The position numbers were made by a program, and so were the translations under genes. The notes under the pieces are model-generated. The model was not told the DNA's origin. It searched no databases and worked only from the letters and a program-made list of their open reading frames with translations. From Octopus vulgaris (lineage: Eukaryota), in assembly GCA_951406725.2 (NCBI GenBank), contig OX597817.1, positions 4,216,001 through 4,280,000 on the forward strand: 64,000 nt of DNA. The letters are read 5' to 3'. How positions within the stretch are numbered: the first letter of the stretch is position 1; the number at the start of each line of letters is the position of its first letter. Shown in pieces: positions 30,491 to 43,517 of the stretch.

Positions 30491-32210
30491 CGTATACGTA
30501 TGTACATACATACGTACATACCTGAATAATGACATACATACAGATTACAAGAATGCTCCCTACCCCACGAATTTCCGAAGACCTCAGTTCCAAAGCCTTG
30601 GCAAATGAACCATTTTATCGGGCCATTCGTGGTTACCTTATAATTGATTCAACACGAATCTAACTTACTAATTATACAGCATAATGCCATAGATATCACA
30701 CACTTTACATAGCAAAACACCACGTCCGTGTTTTTCAATAGTTCCACTTTATCTCGGATCGATATGTATCGGTGTTTACGTTTGACACTAGCAACGGACG
30801 CTCTTAGGTCTCTTACATATAGCGGCCATGCGTACGGGTAACTTGAAGCTAAGTAAGCAGAGGTTATCTCAAAGTTTTGGCATCGTCTTTAACAAGTGCA
30901 GTGTAAATAATACACTTAAGCATACGGTACACTCAATCCCACCTGTTGTCGTGGAAGGAGCTTGACTGGTGAACCACGGGGTTTTCAAACAGCCCTTCGT
31001 AATTTATCCGGATTAAAGACGGTGCCGGACCATCGGTCGTCCGAAAATCGATAGTGTATTTATGCATACACTCACACACACAACACACACACACATATGC
31101 ACGCACACGCACACACGCACACAGGTACATACATACACATGTGATTATATATATATGTACACTAACATTTGAATATTATGAGTCAATGTTTTTTTCTGAA
31201 AATGTTTAAATAAATAAACAAAAATATGAGTAAATGACTGCAGAAGGGCCTTGATAGGAAATGTAGTGTGACAGTCATTTTTATTTTTAATTTTAATCTG
31301 TCAAAGGTGAAAGCTACTTTGAAGTTTCGTCATAAACAGCTTTTCAAACCCTGTGTGTGTATGTGTGTAATCATGTGTACGTGTTTGTGTGTGCATGTAA
31401 GAGAGAGAGAGATTGAAGGAGAGAGAGAGAGAGAGAGTGGAAGAGAAATAAAGTTGGAGCTGATAGATTTTATATATTTATTCATCCATTCACTTTTCAG
31501 TGTGTGTTGAGGAAATTTTTTAGGAAATTCCTATCTGAAATTAAGACAAATGTAAACCATACAAAATATGAACAATCGATATAATGGGTGGGTCAGGGTA
31601 GGGTTTATTTTAGCCAGAGTTAAACATTGACTCTGGGAACCTAAGACCAGGCTGAATGAATATATACTGTTACCAAACAGAAATTTACTCAGGCATGGAG
31701 TATCTTGGACTATAGATACCCAGGGCGTCCTTTCTCATTTCAAAATTTTCCCGTATTATCTGAGGGATATTCGACTGCTATTTCCAGCAGATTATGCGGG
31801 ACACATAGAGGCGCCCACGTTACTGAGATGGTAATAACATTGCATTGGTATTTCGCTGCTGTAGTCGCTGTTGGTCATCAGTGAGTAAGCAGGGTTATCG
31901 TCAAATCCCTTCACGGCCACGCCACTACCATCTTTTATTCAAACTTTATAAACAGTTCTACATTTGTCGATGTTACCCTTCATTAATTGATTAATTCTAA
32001 ACATTTCTTTGTTATTTCTAAACAACAAAAAAATGACTTTTGAGAGAGATTTGAGCGTTATTTCTAGCGGATCGAGCTGACTCCTGCCTGACTGGGGAAA
32101 ATAGTGCGATTGTTACGTGTGTGTATGTGTGTCCGTGCATTTTATGTGTGCGGATTATGTAATCCATTTATATTTGCTTGGATTTATGGATTTTACTATA
32201 CGCTTGTTTA

Positions 32211-32414
32211 GGTACTACTTGAGAACAGTGGTCCCGGTGCGCGCACTCGCGTAGTCGCGCGTCCGCGCTAGCTAGTCGTGACTAGTCGATCCTACAGCGA
32301 CTACCTAGCAAAGTAAATAAAACACAAAGTAAGGATCGAGTAGTCATGACTAACTAGCGAGGATGAGCGAGTACGCGAGTGCGCGCTCCGGGACCACTGT
32401 TCCCAAGTAGTTCC
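32211..32414. mobile_element. Foldback MITE, Mutator (MULE)-like, with 9-bp TSD
   Basis: 83-bp arms (32211-32293 and 32332-32414, about 10 mismatches) starting GG; flanked by GCTTGTTTA at 32202-32210 and 32415-32423. Confidence 0.88.
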
Positions 32415-33559
32415 GCTTGTTTATTCGTTCCTATAGGACTGTTTATGTTTGGCTATAAGTTTTATCCATCCACCCGTCCGTCTATCCGTCCATCCATCCA
32501 TCCATCCATCCATCCATCCATCCATCCATATATATATATACATACAAAAATATATGTTAGCGTATGTGTGTGTGTACGTATGTGTGGATGTGTAGGTTAG
32601 TGAGCGTGTGTGTGTGTGTCGGTGACTAATTTGTGTAAGTGTTAATTCGAATAACATCCAAAAGAAACGTACGAATTCATTTGACAATCCTTTACACACA
32701 CGCAACCCATACTCATATACACACTCGTGTACATACACACGTGCGGTGTGTATGTGTTTGTGTATGTGCGTGTGTGCGTGTGTGTGTGTATGTGTCTGTG
32801 TTGAAAAGCTTGTATGTACCCCTACTGACATTCTGTTTTTTTTTTTCTTTCTTATATTTCTTTCATTTCCTCAATCTCTCCTTTCAGACCATTCCTCTAT
32901 CCCCCCCCCCATCTCGCTGTCTCCACCACGGACATAAACATATTGACACTTTTATACATATATACATTGGTTGACTAAATCTGTACCGGTTTCTCGATTA
33001 ATACCAGAGCTCTAAACAAAATGAAAGCTATTAGAAAAGTGATAAGCCAAACAAATTATTCAAACACACATACAGCATTAAATAACAACATAGAAACGCA
33101 AACATTGTCCACTATACATTGAAAAATCAACACACGCATACGGACGAACGCTTCTAGGTATTTATATGGCGAATGGTTAACAATAGCGTCGTCGGTTAAA
33201 TATTTCTTGACGGGACAATATCTGATTTACTGAATTCCTGTAGGTTATGAAGACAGAAGGGTTTCTTTAGCACGGTTCAGAATACATTTTACAAAAAAAA
33301 AAACTTCATTCTAAGAGAACGGTTTCGGTTTTATTTATTTATTTATCGATTTGTTTCTTTACCATTATATATCGCCGGAAGATGTACGCACACACATACA
33401 CAACGCGCGCTCGTGCAGTCAAGGCTGTCAGGTTCGGGCATTTTGTTATGTAACTAAACATACACACGCGCACACATACATACACATAGACAGACACACG
33501 CACACGTGTGTGTGTGTGTGTGTATGAGTATATATGTGTGTATGAGTGTGCGTGTGAGT

Positions 33560-34505
33560 ATTGCTTTGTCAGATAAATTCGTACCATTCTTTTGAATGCC
33601 GTTTGAATTAACACAAAAACTATTTTATCGTAGCATTTTAAGGTTTTATATAGCTTTATGCATCTTTTGCTAACCGTTTTTTGAAATTTGAATAAAGTCA
33701 TATACGTCTTTTTAGACTTTAGAGTACCATGTAGAAAATGATGAACATTTTTGCCACCTGCTTCTCTTCACTTACAATCAAAGCTCTAAAGCTGACCAAT
33801 CCGCTCGTGACATTTCTGTTGTATACGGAGAAGGCTCTCTTAGTGAAAGGAAAGTCGTTCTCACGCTTCAAGGAATGGCTATTCGATCTCACAACCTCTC
33901 CGCATTCCTGCCGACTATCTCGGTTTATTGGTGATCGATTGAAAGAACTCGAACACTATGAGCCGCATCAATCCACTTATCATCGCCAGTCACGTTCATT
34001 TGATGGGTAAAGTCAGAAAACTTGGAACATGAGAACAACACTTTCTGAACAAAAGCGACCAACTCGCCTCCATGTCACTAAAATGACCAAAACCACGATT
34101 AAAACCTTGGTTGGGACGTTCTATAGCATTCACCACATTCTCCTGATATAGCGCCTTTTCATCTTTTTCGGTTTGCAAAGCGTTTTGTTGGGTCTGCCAT
34201 GCGTTTTGTTGGGTCTGCCATGCGTTTTGTTGGGTCTGCCATGCGTTTTGTTGGGTCTGCCATGCGTTTCGTCGGGTCTGCGATGCGTTTCGTTCAACTA
34301 GGACGTGGAGCTCAAAATGTTGCTTTGTGAATTCTGTGGATCAAAAGCCGGTGATTTCAACCGTCAAGAGAGTGGAACGTTGGCAAGGACTTGTAAACAA
34401 CGAAAGAAAATATATCATTGAACGATTTATTAAAACTCTTAATGAAAAATAAAGGTTAAAATAAACGGAAAAAACAAAAACGAACGAATTTATATGGGCT
34501 TGTGT
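33560..34505 (+). pseudogene. Degenerate, internally deleted mariner element (transposase relic)
   Basis: Frames give ENDEHFCHLLLFTYNQSSKADQSARDISVVYGEGSLSERK and SRFKEWLFDLTTSPHSCR (N-terminal HTH), HLMGKVRKLG, and C-terminal VERWQGLVNNERKYIIE. Weak TIR remnant ATAAATTCGT at both ends. Confidence 0.72.
34180..34295. repeat. 21-bp minisatellite GCGTTTTGTTGGGTCTGCCAT (about 5 copies)
   Basis: Four identical units, then degenerating copies. Confidence 0.9.
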
Positions 34506-34620
34506 ATGAATATGTTATAGGTAATGATAATGATGATGATGATGATGATGATAATAGTGGAAGTAGTAATAATAATGATAATAATCGAATAATAGCATAT
34601 ATGTGTGTATGTATGTGTGC

Positions 34621-34649
<29 letters not shown>

Positions 34650-34655
<6 letters not shown>

Positions 34656-34976
34656 CCACACACGCCAGCTTAATTCAACTCGTTCTTAGTCGAAAGACAC
34701 TTGTTGTTATGTCCTGTTATTATTTTTATTGTATTTGTGTAACATTGTCTGTTTTTCCCGTCCTTATTTTTGTATACATTCGCTGCTTTCTTCTGAGGAA
34801 TCTAATGTTCTTAGCTTAGTTTTTCCTTGGGGTTGGCCAGATAGGAGCAATCTCAAGTATAATCAGCCGAAATTGCGAAGATAATCTGGTACGTGACTGA
34901 CGAAAGAAAACTTCGAATGACCCGTCCTTGTTTTTTTGTATCGTCTGTCTGGATGTTTTGCGTCCTTGTCCCATTT

Positions 34977-35039
<63 letters not shown>

Positions 35040-35810
35040 CGGGAAGCTTTATGAAAATAAACAAAAGACGAAGGCAGGTGGAGTATAAACAAACAATTGT
35101 ATTAGTATGGCGCTCAGGAATATAAATAAAACAAGTCTTTTACGTTTCGAGCCTACGCTCTTCAACAGAAAGATACACAGAATAGAAACACGGAGAGAAA
35201 CAAGGAGAGAAAAAAATGCGTGCAGAAGCTAGCGATTCAACATGGCGATCTGACTCTGGCCAGAAGTCAGATATAAGAAAGAGAGATGACAAAGGAATAA
35301 ATGATTATCTTATGAACTTCACTAGTTTCCAACTGTGTCTGCAATAAGATGGAGTAGACTCGTAGTTGGGTGCCTGAATTAGACCTTATACCTTCAGCAA
35401 AGCTTCGAATATGAAATGCAATTTATTTGGAAAAGTAGTACATTTTTGCCTATAAACGGCGACGCATCAGCATGGCCGCAGCTCTGAGCTGAAACTACAG
35501 CAAAAAAAAAAAAATAGGGAACGGCATCAACAATGAGTAAAGTCAATACACATGTAGATAAAGAAAGTGTATATCCAAAAAGTAAATAGTAACATTAATA
35601 GAAATATATATACAGGAAAATGCCACTTGTATTCGAACACTATACAAATATTCTTTTAAAAAAGTATAAAAACTTTTCTTTTAACTTTTCCCAAATTTAA
35701 TTGTTTTCCATACTTACAGTGGAGAAAGTTTCAATGACTGAAACCGGTACTGAAATGTTTTTTATAAAATTAGTTTACCATTTTCTACCTTGACTTTTTT
35801 TTCCATATAT
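34650..35810. mobile_element. Cluster of short (TA)n-embedded repeats, probably Penelope-like element termini
   Basis: 34895-34980 resembles window positions 1-90; flanked by (TA)n; contains hammerhead-like folds. The family assignment is inference. Confidence 0.45.
35136..35173 (-). ncRNA. Putative minimal type I hammerhead ribozyme-like motif (non-canonical core)
   Basis: Minus strand reads TCTTT-CTGTTGA-A-GAGC-GTAG-GCTC-GAAAC-GTA-AAAGA: 5-bp stem I, 4-bp stem II and a palindromic ACGT stem III. Confidence 0.45.
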
Positions 35811-35869
35811 ATATATGTATATTAATTCTACTATTTACTTTTTGGACATATATATATATACTTCTATCT

Positions 35870-36095
35870 TATGTTTGTTTCGTCATCTGACTGCAGCTAC
35901 GCTGGAGCACTGTCTTGAAGGGTTTTAGTCGAACAAATCGACCACATCACATCTTTTTAAACCGAGTAATTAATCTATCGGTCTCTTTTGCCAGCCGCTA
36001 AGTTACGAGGACGTAAGCTCACCAACACCAGCTGTCAAGCGATGTAGGCGGGGGAATAACACTGACACAAAGACAAAGACACACATACACACACG
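35870..36095 (-). mobile_element. SINE family B 3' half
   Basis: GACTGCAGCTACGCTGGAGCAC...TCTATCGGTCTCTTTTGCC..CCGCTAAGTTACG matches the tail of 17365. Confidence 0.75.
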
Positions 36096-36101
36096 ACATA
36101 A

Positions 36102-37295
36102 TCTTTATATATATAAAACTGAGAATGTGTGTCTGTCTGTCTGTCTGTGTGTTTCCATAAAACTTGAGAACTACACAACCAATTTCATTCAAATTTTACA
36201 CATGCTTTACTTAGGGTCCGAGGAGTGTCATCGGTAAAAACAATTTTGTACTTTTTGCCTAGGGCGAGCCCACAGCAATATCATATCTTCTCCACTACGA
36301 TTCCCTAAAAATTGAGAACTACACAACCAATTCCATTCAAATTTTACACATGCCTTACTTAGGGTCCATGTAGTTTCATGGACAAAAAATGTTCAACTTC
36401 TTGCCTAGAGCGAGCCCATAGCAATATCATATCTTCTCCACTATTTCAGTATTACGTGTTAAAAGTGAAACAAAAACATTTCTCTATTTTATGTCAGATA
36501 CTTTCACTTTAACAATAAAAATAATAATAACAATTGAATTATATGTAGCAAGTAATAATTAAAATCAAACTAAAGTATAATATAATCGTAACATAACAAA
36601 AGTAAAAATAGCAATTGGTATAAAATTGCATCAATGACTTGAACTTAAATAAGTAGTTTCACATGAATTGGAATAAATTAAAAATAAAATTAGCGTGCAG
36701 AAATGGAATAGTCCAGATGGATAATAAAAAATTAAATTATAGAAAAGACTATTGTCTATAAAGTATACAATGTAGAGAAAAAAGAAGATTTGAACACATT
36801 GAGGAAAGCACTTTCGAAAAGTGTCTTGGTGCGACTATGAAAGATGTCTAACCAGAGGCGGTAAATTCGCCACAATAGAAGCAAAGTTCGAGTCAACGGA
36901 GCGTGCAAGGGAGTACTCGACTCGAACTTGCAAAGTGGAAATATTTTATTTTTTACCTTTATATCTGGGACGTAGGACGTCCAGGAAAAAAATTTTAAAT
37001 GCCCTCCCCTCCCCACTCAGAAGTAGAGGTAGGTTGGGTTGTAGCTACACTTCTATACAAGAGGGAGGACAAGATACAATTGATCGAAATTACAAGAGAC
37101 GGGTTAACAATTCCAGTCTGTTATATATTTTGAGTATTGTTATCACTAGCGATATCAAGATATAACTTTGTATTTTGTATTTTATGTGTAGATGTATATA
37201 TATATATAGATGTACATGTAATATGTACACATATATATACACATATATACATGCACTAGTACTATGACCCGGCAACGACGGGTCTTTAATGGAAG
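36102..37295 (+). mobile_element. Non-autonomous Helitron-like element with internal duplication and foreign insert
   Basis: A|TCTTTATATATATAAAA start, (GTCT)n, segment AACCAATTTCATTCAAATTTTACAC similar to the 1423 element, internal ~145-bp duplication (36160-36300 and 36305-36445), 3' hairpin GACCCG-GCAACGA-CGGGTC with a degenerate CTAG end. Confidence 0.65.
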
Positions 37296-37306
37296 TATAT
37301 ATATAT

Positions 37307-37770
<464 letters not shown>

Positions 37771-38509
37771 ATAATATGTGAATGTGTATGTGTTTGTTTA
37801 TGTGTGTGTATAAAATCCTCTGTGTATCATACTCGATATAAATAGATCGCGAATATTGCAGTATTAATTCAAAAATGGTACCTCCCATGGACATGCTTTG
37901 TTTTAAAAGGGAATACATGTCGGTATCAGACACAAAACAGCCGGTAATAATACTAGGTATGCATTTCTGCCCCTCAGGGCGTTATCAGTGGCATGTATTC
38001 ACAACCAACTGCATTCTAAGACGAAATCTGTCCTTGCCGATACAACTAATGAATGAACAATCCATGTTACAATTATTCGTTTGGTTGGTTAAAAATACCT
38101 TACAGGAAACAGAAGCAGCTTTAAATTAAAATAGCCATATCTGTATCATAAGAATGCAAATACATCGAGATGTTCTTAATTAAAGCAAGTTACATAGGTA
38201 GCTATTATAATGGAAAACCGCTCCTGAAAATTGTGAATTCTGCCATGACGCTTAAGTTTATGGAAAAAATTTCACAAAGTAAGTATATATAAAACGAAAG
38301 AAGCTATGCGGTAGTTAGTCTGTACACCTGTGAAGATCTCACACCTTTAACCCTGTTATCACATTCAAGGTCGTCTGGGACATAGTGACATTCCATATAA
38401 AGCAACTTCATGTGCAATATATTCAGTATATCGTCCACCTAATGCCCCCAACCATTGTGAATTTGACGACAGACTTAAAATGAGAAAACGAATATTAATA
38501 TTACTTTAA

Positions 38510-39088
38510 GGCGGCGAGCTGGCAGAAACGTTAGCACGCCGGGCGAAATGCGTAGCCGTATTTCGTCTGCCGTTACGTTCTGAGTTCAAATTCCGCCGAA
38601 GTCGACTTTGCCTTTCATCCTTTCGGGGTCGATAAATTAAGTACCAGTTACACACTGGGGTCGATATGGTCGACTTAATCCGTTTGTTTGTCCTTGTTTG
38701 TCTCCTCTGTGTTTAGCCCCTTGTGGGTAGTAAAGAATTGGGTATTTCGTCTGCTGCTACGTTCTGAGTTCAAATTCCGCCGAGGTCGACTTTGCCTTTC
38801 ATTCTTTCGGGGTCGATTAAATAAGTACCAGTTACGCACGGGTGTCAATATAATCGACTTAATCCGTTTGTCTGTCCTTGTTTGTTCTCTCCGTGTTTAG
38901 CCCCTTGTGGATAGTAAAGAAATAGGTATTTCATGTCTTTGTGTTCTGTGCTCAAGTTCCGCTGAGGTCGACTTTGTCTTTCATCCTTTCGGGGTCGATT
39001 AATTAAATACCATTGCGTACTGGGATCGATCTAATCGACTTCCCCCCCACCACCAAATTTCGGGCCTTGTGTTTAGAGTAGAAAAGAA
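38510..39088 (+). mobile_element. SINE family A, trimeric copy
   Basis: One head followed by three CTTTCATCCTTTCGGGGTCGAT-type cores separated by ATCCGTTTG...AGCCCCTTGTGG linkers. Confidence 0.87.
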
Positions 39089-39199
39089 TATATACAGTAC
39101 ATTGTCTACGTAATGTCTCCAATCATTGTTGTGAATTTGACGACAGTCTTAAAATGAAAAAAGAAAGAAGTATTCGTGAAGCTATATCAAAGCGCTAAT

Positions 39200-41320
39200 G
39201 TGCTTCCCATGGGTAACTTCAAGTTACCCAATATCAGATATGTCGAAGGTAACATAATCTCAGGAATGATACGCAAAAAAGAGAATCATACCGAATCCCT
39301 CCTTGATATCACGAAGAGGATGTTTAGGAAACAAGTAAGTCTACTCCTGATAAGGGACAACAATATCTTAGACCCCTGCTTCACTAGTAACGTGGAACTT
39401 ATTCACAATATGAAAATGGTGCCAGCGATTTTTATGAGACCACATCATAATAGAATAAGCAATGTAATGTCCGAAACTACTTTCGGGCCATACATAGAAT
39501 CCACCCAAACTCTCTGCAGCATAGACTTCTTAGAGGCTGATTGGAAATCTGTTCAAAAGTGTATCCTGAAACTAAATTTGCTCAAAAATTTCTCTATGCA
39601 TGTCTAGTGATGAAACTCGAAGGATTTATGTCTATAATGCAAGCCATGTGCATTAAATTTTCTCTGAGAAAAAAGACAATACACGCAAAAACATTTCCCG
39701 TGGCAGAAGATTCTATACGAGACGATGAGTAACGTTCTCAAATCGCTTAAAGAAATAACTTAATGATAGTAAGAAGTTCCACCTCAAAAAGTCATTTTTC
39801 GAAATCGAAAATAAACTCATGAAGAAAAAGAAAAAGGGAGAGAAACTAGAGTAGTTGAAAATCTTAAAAGGAACCATAAAGCCTTTTACAAATTTTCACA
39901 AGAATCTGTCTCAGGCTTCCATAAGATAGAATCACCGTTTGAAGAATATCTCTGGCTCACTGCTAACTCCAAGAGGATCAGTGAAATACTAAATAAATAA
40001 TTCCAAAGTGTTTTCCCGTCCTCATTGAAAAATATACATATAAACAAGCCTGATAACTTCTACACCACAGATCTAGACGGGGATGAGACAACCATCGATT
40101 ATATCGGAATAAAAGAAAAGGATACAACATCGGTCACTGATGAACTCAGCAACGGACCTTCATGGTTCTCCAGTTATTCTCTTAATGAAATGCAAGAAAT
40201 CTCCCGCAAAACCACTGCGGATACTTTTTCAGCATTTCCTCGCATATGGCAAACTGATCAAAATGTTGTAAGTGGGTGTACTATGCCCAATCTACAAAAA
40301 AGGTAGCAGAGCAAATGCTAAGAATTACCAGCATATCTCTCTGACCTCACATGTCGGCAAAAACATGAAATGCATTGTCAGAAAGAAATTGATCACATTC
40401 TTAGGAAAAAGAACAAAAAAAGAGTCATGCTGAGTGATACGCAGCATGGCTTCCGTCCAAGAACGAGCTGCATTACAGAGCTGCTAGAATTTTATGACTG
40501 GTATTGAAATAACAGCTCAGCCATTCAAATGTAGATTCATTATATTTCAACTTTGTCAAGGCCTTTGACAATCTCGATCACGGGATGATATCTCAGAAGC
40601 TGCACGACCTAAGTATCATTGAAAAACTAGGTGAGTGGCTGCATGACGTTTTAAAAGGCGTTTTAAAAGCTTAATACAGTAGCAGTCAATGTAAGGAGAT
40701 AGCAACTAATAAGCGGCGTACATCAGAGAACTGTACTGGGACCGCTACTCTTTATAGTGGCACTCTCAGCATGCTCAGAGGCACGAAGACAGCTACATTC
40801 ACCAGCTACGTTGAGAATACAAGAATATCACAAATAGTCAAGGACCTTGATGAGGCCTCAAAACAACAGAAAAACTTCAACGCAATAAGGAAGTGGGCTG
40901 AAGAATATAACATGCTGTTCAATGCTAACAAATTTCAAGCACTTCGCTATCGAACTACAAACAGATTGCAATCAGAATACACCAGACCAGTGATTATCTC
41001 AATCCCTTTGAGATAATCTTAAAATCTACATGCGCGGTGATGCCTCATTCTGTATGCATATTGATAAGAGGGCGGCAGCAATGCGCAGACAAATGATTGA
41101 CTGGATTCTGAAGTCATTCACACACTGAAAAATAAACCATTGTTTTTGAGAAATTCGAGCTCAGTCACCGGATTACAGCTTCCAATTATGGCCACCATAC
41201 AGAATCAAACTAACAGCGGAATTCGAGGCAATCCAGAGTCACTATACCAAGTGGATTGTCTCGGTGCAACAGACGAGCTACAAGAAGAGGCTAAAAGAGA
41301 CGAGGGTGTACTCCTTGGAA
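39200..41320 (+). pseudogene. Degenerate CR1-group LINE ORF2 (APE endonuclease end and reverse transcriptase)
   Basis: Across frameshifts: GNFKLP (GDFN-like), RDNNILD, PIYKKGSRANAKNYQHISLTSHVGK, QHGFRPRTSCITEL, YFNFVKAFD, SGVHQRTVLGPLLF, SYVENT (YADD-like), WAEEYNMLFNANKF. Many stops. Confidence 0.85.
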
Positions 41321-41353
41321 AGTATGTATGTAAACATACACACACACACACAC

Positions 41354-41404
<51 letters not shown>

Positions 41405-41631
41405 TTTATACAGGCATGTATATGCATGTATGTATAAATTCGTTTTGACTAGGATTTTAAGCCTCGACTGACGGCGTATTATTCTACAAGTCGAAATAGC
41501 CGTTAGTTGGCACTTGTATGTCAACACGATCTTTACAATCAATTTTATCCTACTCCCACTGTTGAGTCCCCTCATCAGCTCATATTTCGTTGTTATTCTT
41601 AAGCTTCCTTAATTTACCTTTAAGTAATTTT

Positions 41632-42155
41632 TTCTACTATGAGCACACGGCCTGAAATTTTGAGGGAGAGGCTACATGATTGCATCGACCCCAAAGCTCA
41701 ATTGCTGCTTAATTTATCGACCCTAAAAGGATAAAAACTGGAGGCGCAATGGCCCAGTGGTTAGGGCAGCGGACACGCGGTCAGAGGATCGCAGTTTCGA
41801 TTTCCAGACAGGGCATTGTGTATGTTTATTGAGCGAAAACACCTAAAAGCTCCACGAGACTCCGGTAGGTGGTGGTGGCGACCTCTGTTGTACCCTTCCG
41901 CCACAACTTTTCTCACTCTCTCTCTCTTCCTGTTTCTTGAGTAACGCTGGCGTCCCATCCAGCTGTGGGGGGGGGGACACATACGCCACAGAAACTGGGA
42001 AACCGGGCCCATGAGCCTGGATAGGCTTGAAAAGGGCGACGAGACGAGAGGAAAAAGGATAAAAACCAAAGTCGACAGAATTTGAACTTAGAACGTAAGA
42101 TCAGAAGAAAAGCCACAAAGCATTTTATCCGGAATGTTAACAGTTCTTCCAAATC
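41632..42155 (-). mobile_element. Degenerate SINE family A copy split by a younger SINE
   Basis: Tail and core at 41632-41738, then AAAGTCGAC..ATTTGAACTTAGAACGTAA at 42067-42155. Confidence 0.7.
41739..42052 (+). mobile_element. tRNA-derived SINE (family E) with 14-bp TSD
   Basis: A box TGGCCCAGTGG, B-box-like AGTTTCGATTTCC; TSD AAAAGGATAAAAAC at 41725-41738 and 42053-42066. Confidence 0.85.
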
Positions 42156-42406
42156 AGCTTTTGCATAACTTCAATTTTATATGAACCTGTGTGTATATTC
42201 GTTTGTTTATGTGTGTGGGGGCTTTTATGTACTCTATAACCTTCAGTCAGTTTCTGCCCACAAAATTCCACTTACTTGGTGCAGGTCAACCCAGAGTCGT
42301 GGCCAATGAAACTCACCCATGCTACGACACAATGGTGTTGAACCCAGAATCAGGTGTCTGGAAAACAAATGTCTGAACATACTAGAAATACTTACATATG
42401 AAGCTT

Positions 42407-42407
42407 A

Positions 42408-42467
<60 letters not shown>

Positions 42468-42480
42468 AACTACTACTACA

Positions 42481-42537
<57 letters not shown>

Positions 42538-42538
42538 G

Positions 42539-42576
<38 letters not shown>

Positions 42577-42674
42577 GCTGCTGCTGCTACTACTACTACT
42601 ATTACGATTACTACCACTGCTACTACTACTATTGCTACTGCTGCTACTACTACTACTACTACTACTACTACGAT

Positions 42675-42732
<58 letters not shown>

Positions 42733-42820
42733 GCTACTACTACTACTGTTACTGCTACTACTACTACTGGTGCTACTGCTGTTACTACTGCCGCTGCCAC
42801 TACCACCGCTGCTGCTGCTG

Positions 42821-42875
<55 letters not shown>

Positions 42876-42885
42876 TGCTACTATT
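42407..42885. repeat. (CTA)n microsatellite
   Basis: Direct reading. Confidence 0.95.
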
Positions 42886-43198
42886 ACACAGCAACACGGA
42901 GTCCGAAAATTCACACTTGCACACACAAATATACATCTACACACACACATATTCTGACGCTCACCCGCAACATAGATACGACATCACAACGCACAGACAT
43001 ATACTCAAATGACAATACGCTGCAACTCAATACACACACACACACACACACATACAGAACGTAATCCACAATCTCTCAACACATACACACATACACACAA
43101 ACACACACACACACACAGATACAAACAACAGCACGGAGTAACTGAACACCCACATACGTAAAACTCATGACACACACGTCAGCACAATTAAACGCATA

Positions 43199-43241
<43 letters not shown>

Positions 43242-43243
43242 GT

Positions 43244-43288
<45 letters not shown>

Positions 43289-43475
43289 TGCACACACACA
43301 CACACATGCACATATTACTGCACTGTAACTTCCGTTCTGGATTATTTCGTCTGGTATGTTATATATTATGGTAAACAAGGGTTAATGTCTTGCGAAACTA
43401 TTTTGCATAACCATAAGCAGCAAGACGTGCAATTATAAGAGGGTGGCGGTAGGTGCGTGTGTGTGCGAGCGTGCG

Positions 43476-43517
<42 letters not shown>

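Noticed and set aside
30815-30890. 5S rRNA or SINE3-like fragment (CGGCCAT...GAAGCTAAG)
   Set aside because: Only two short word matches with wrong spacing; not supportable without a search.
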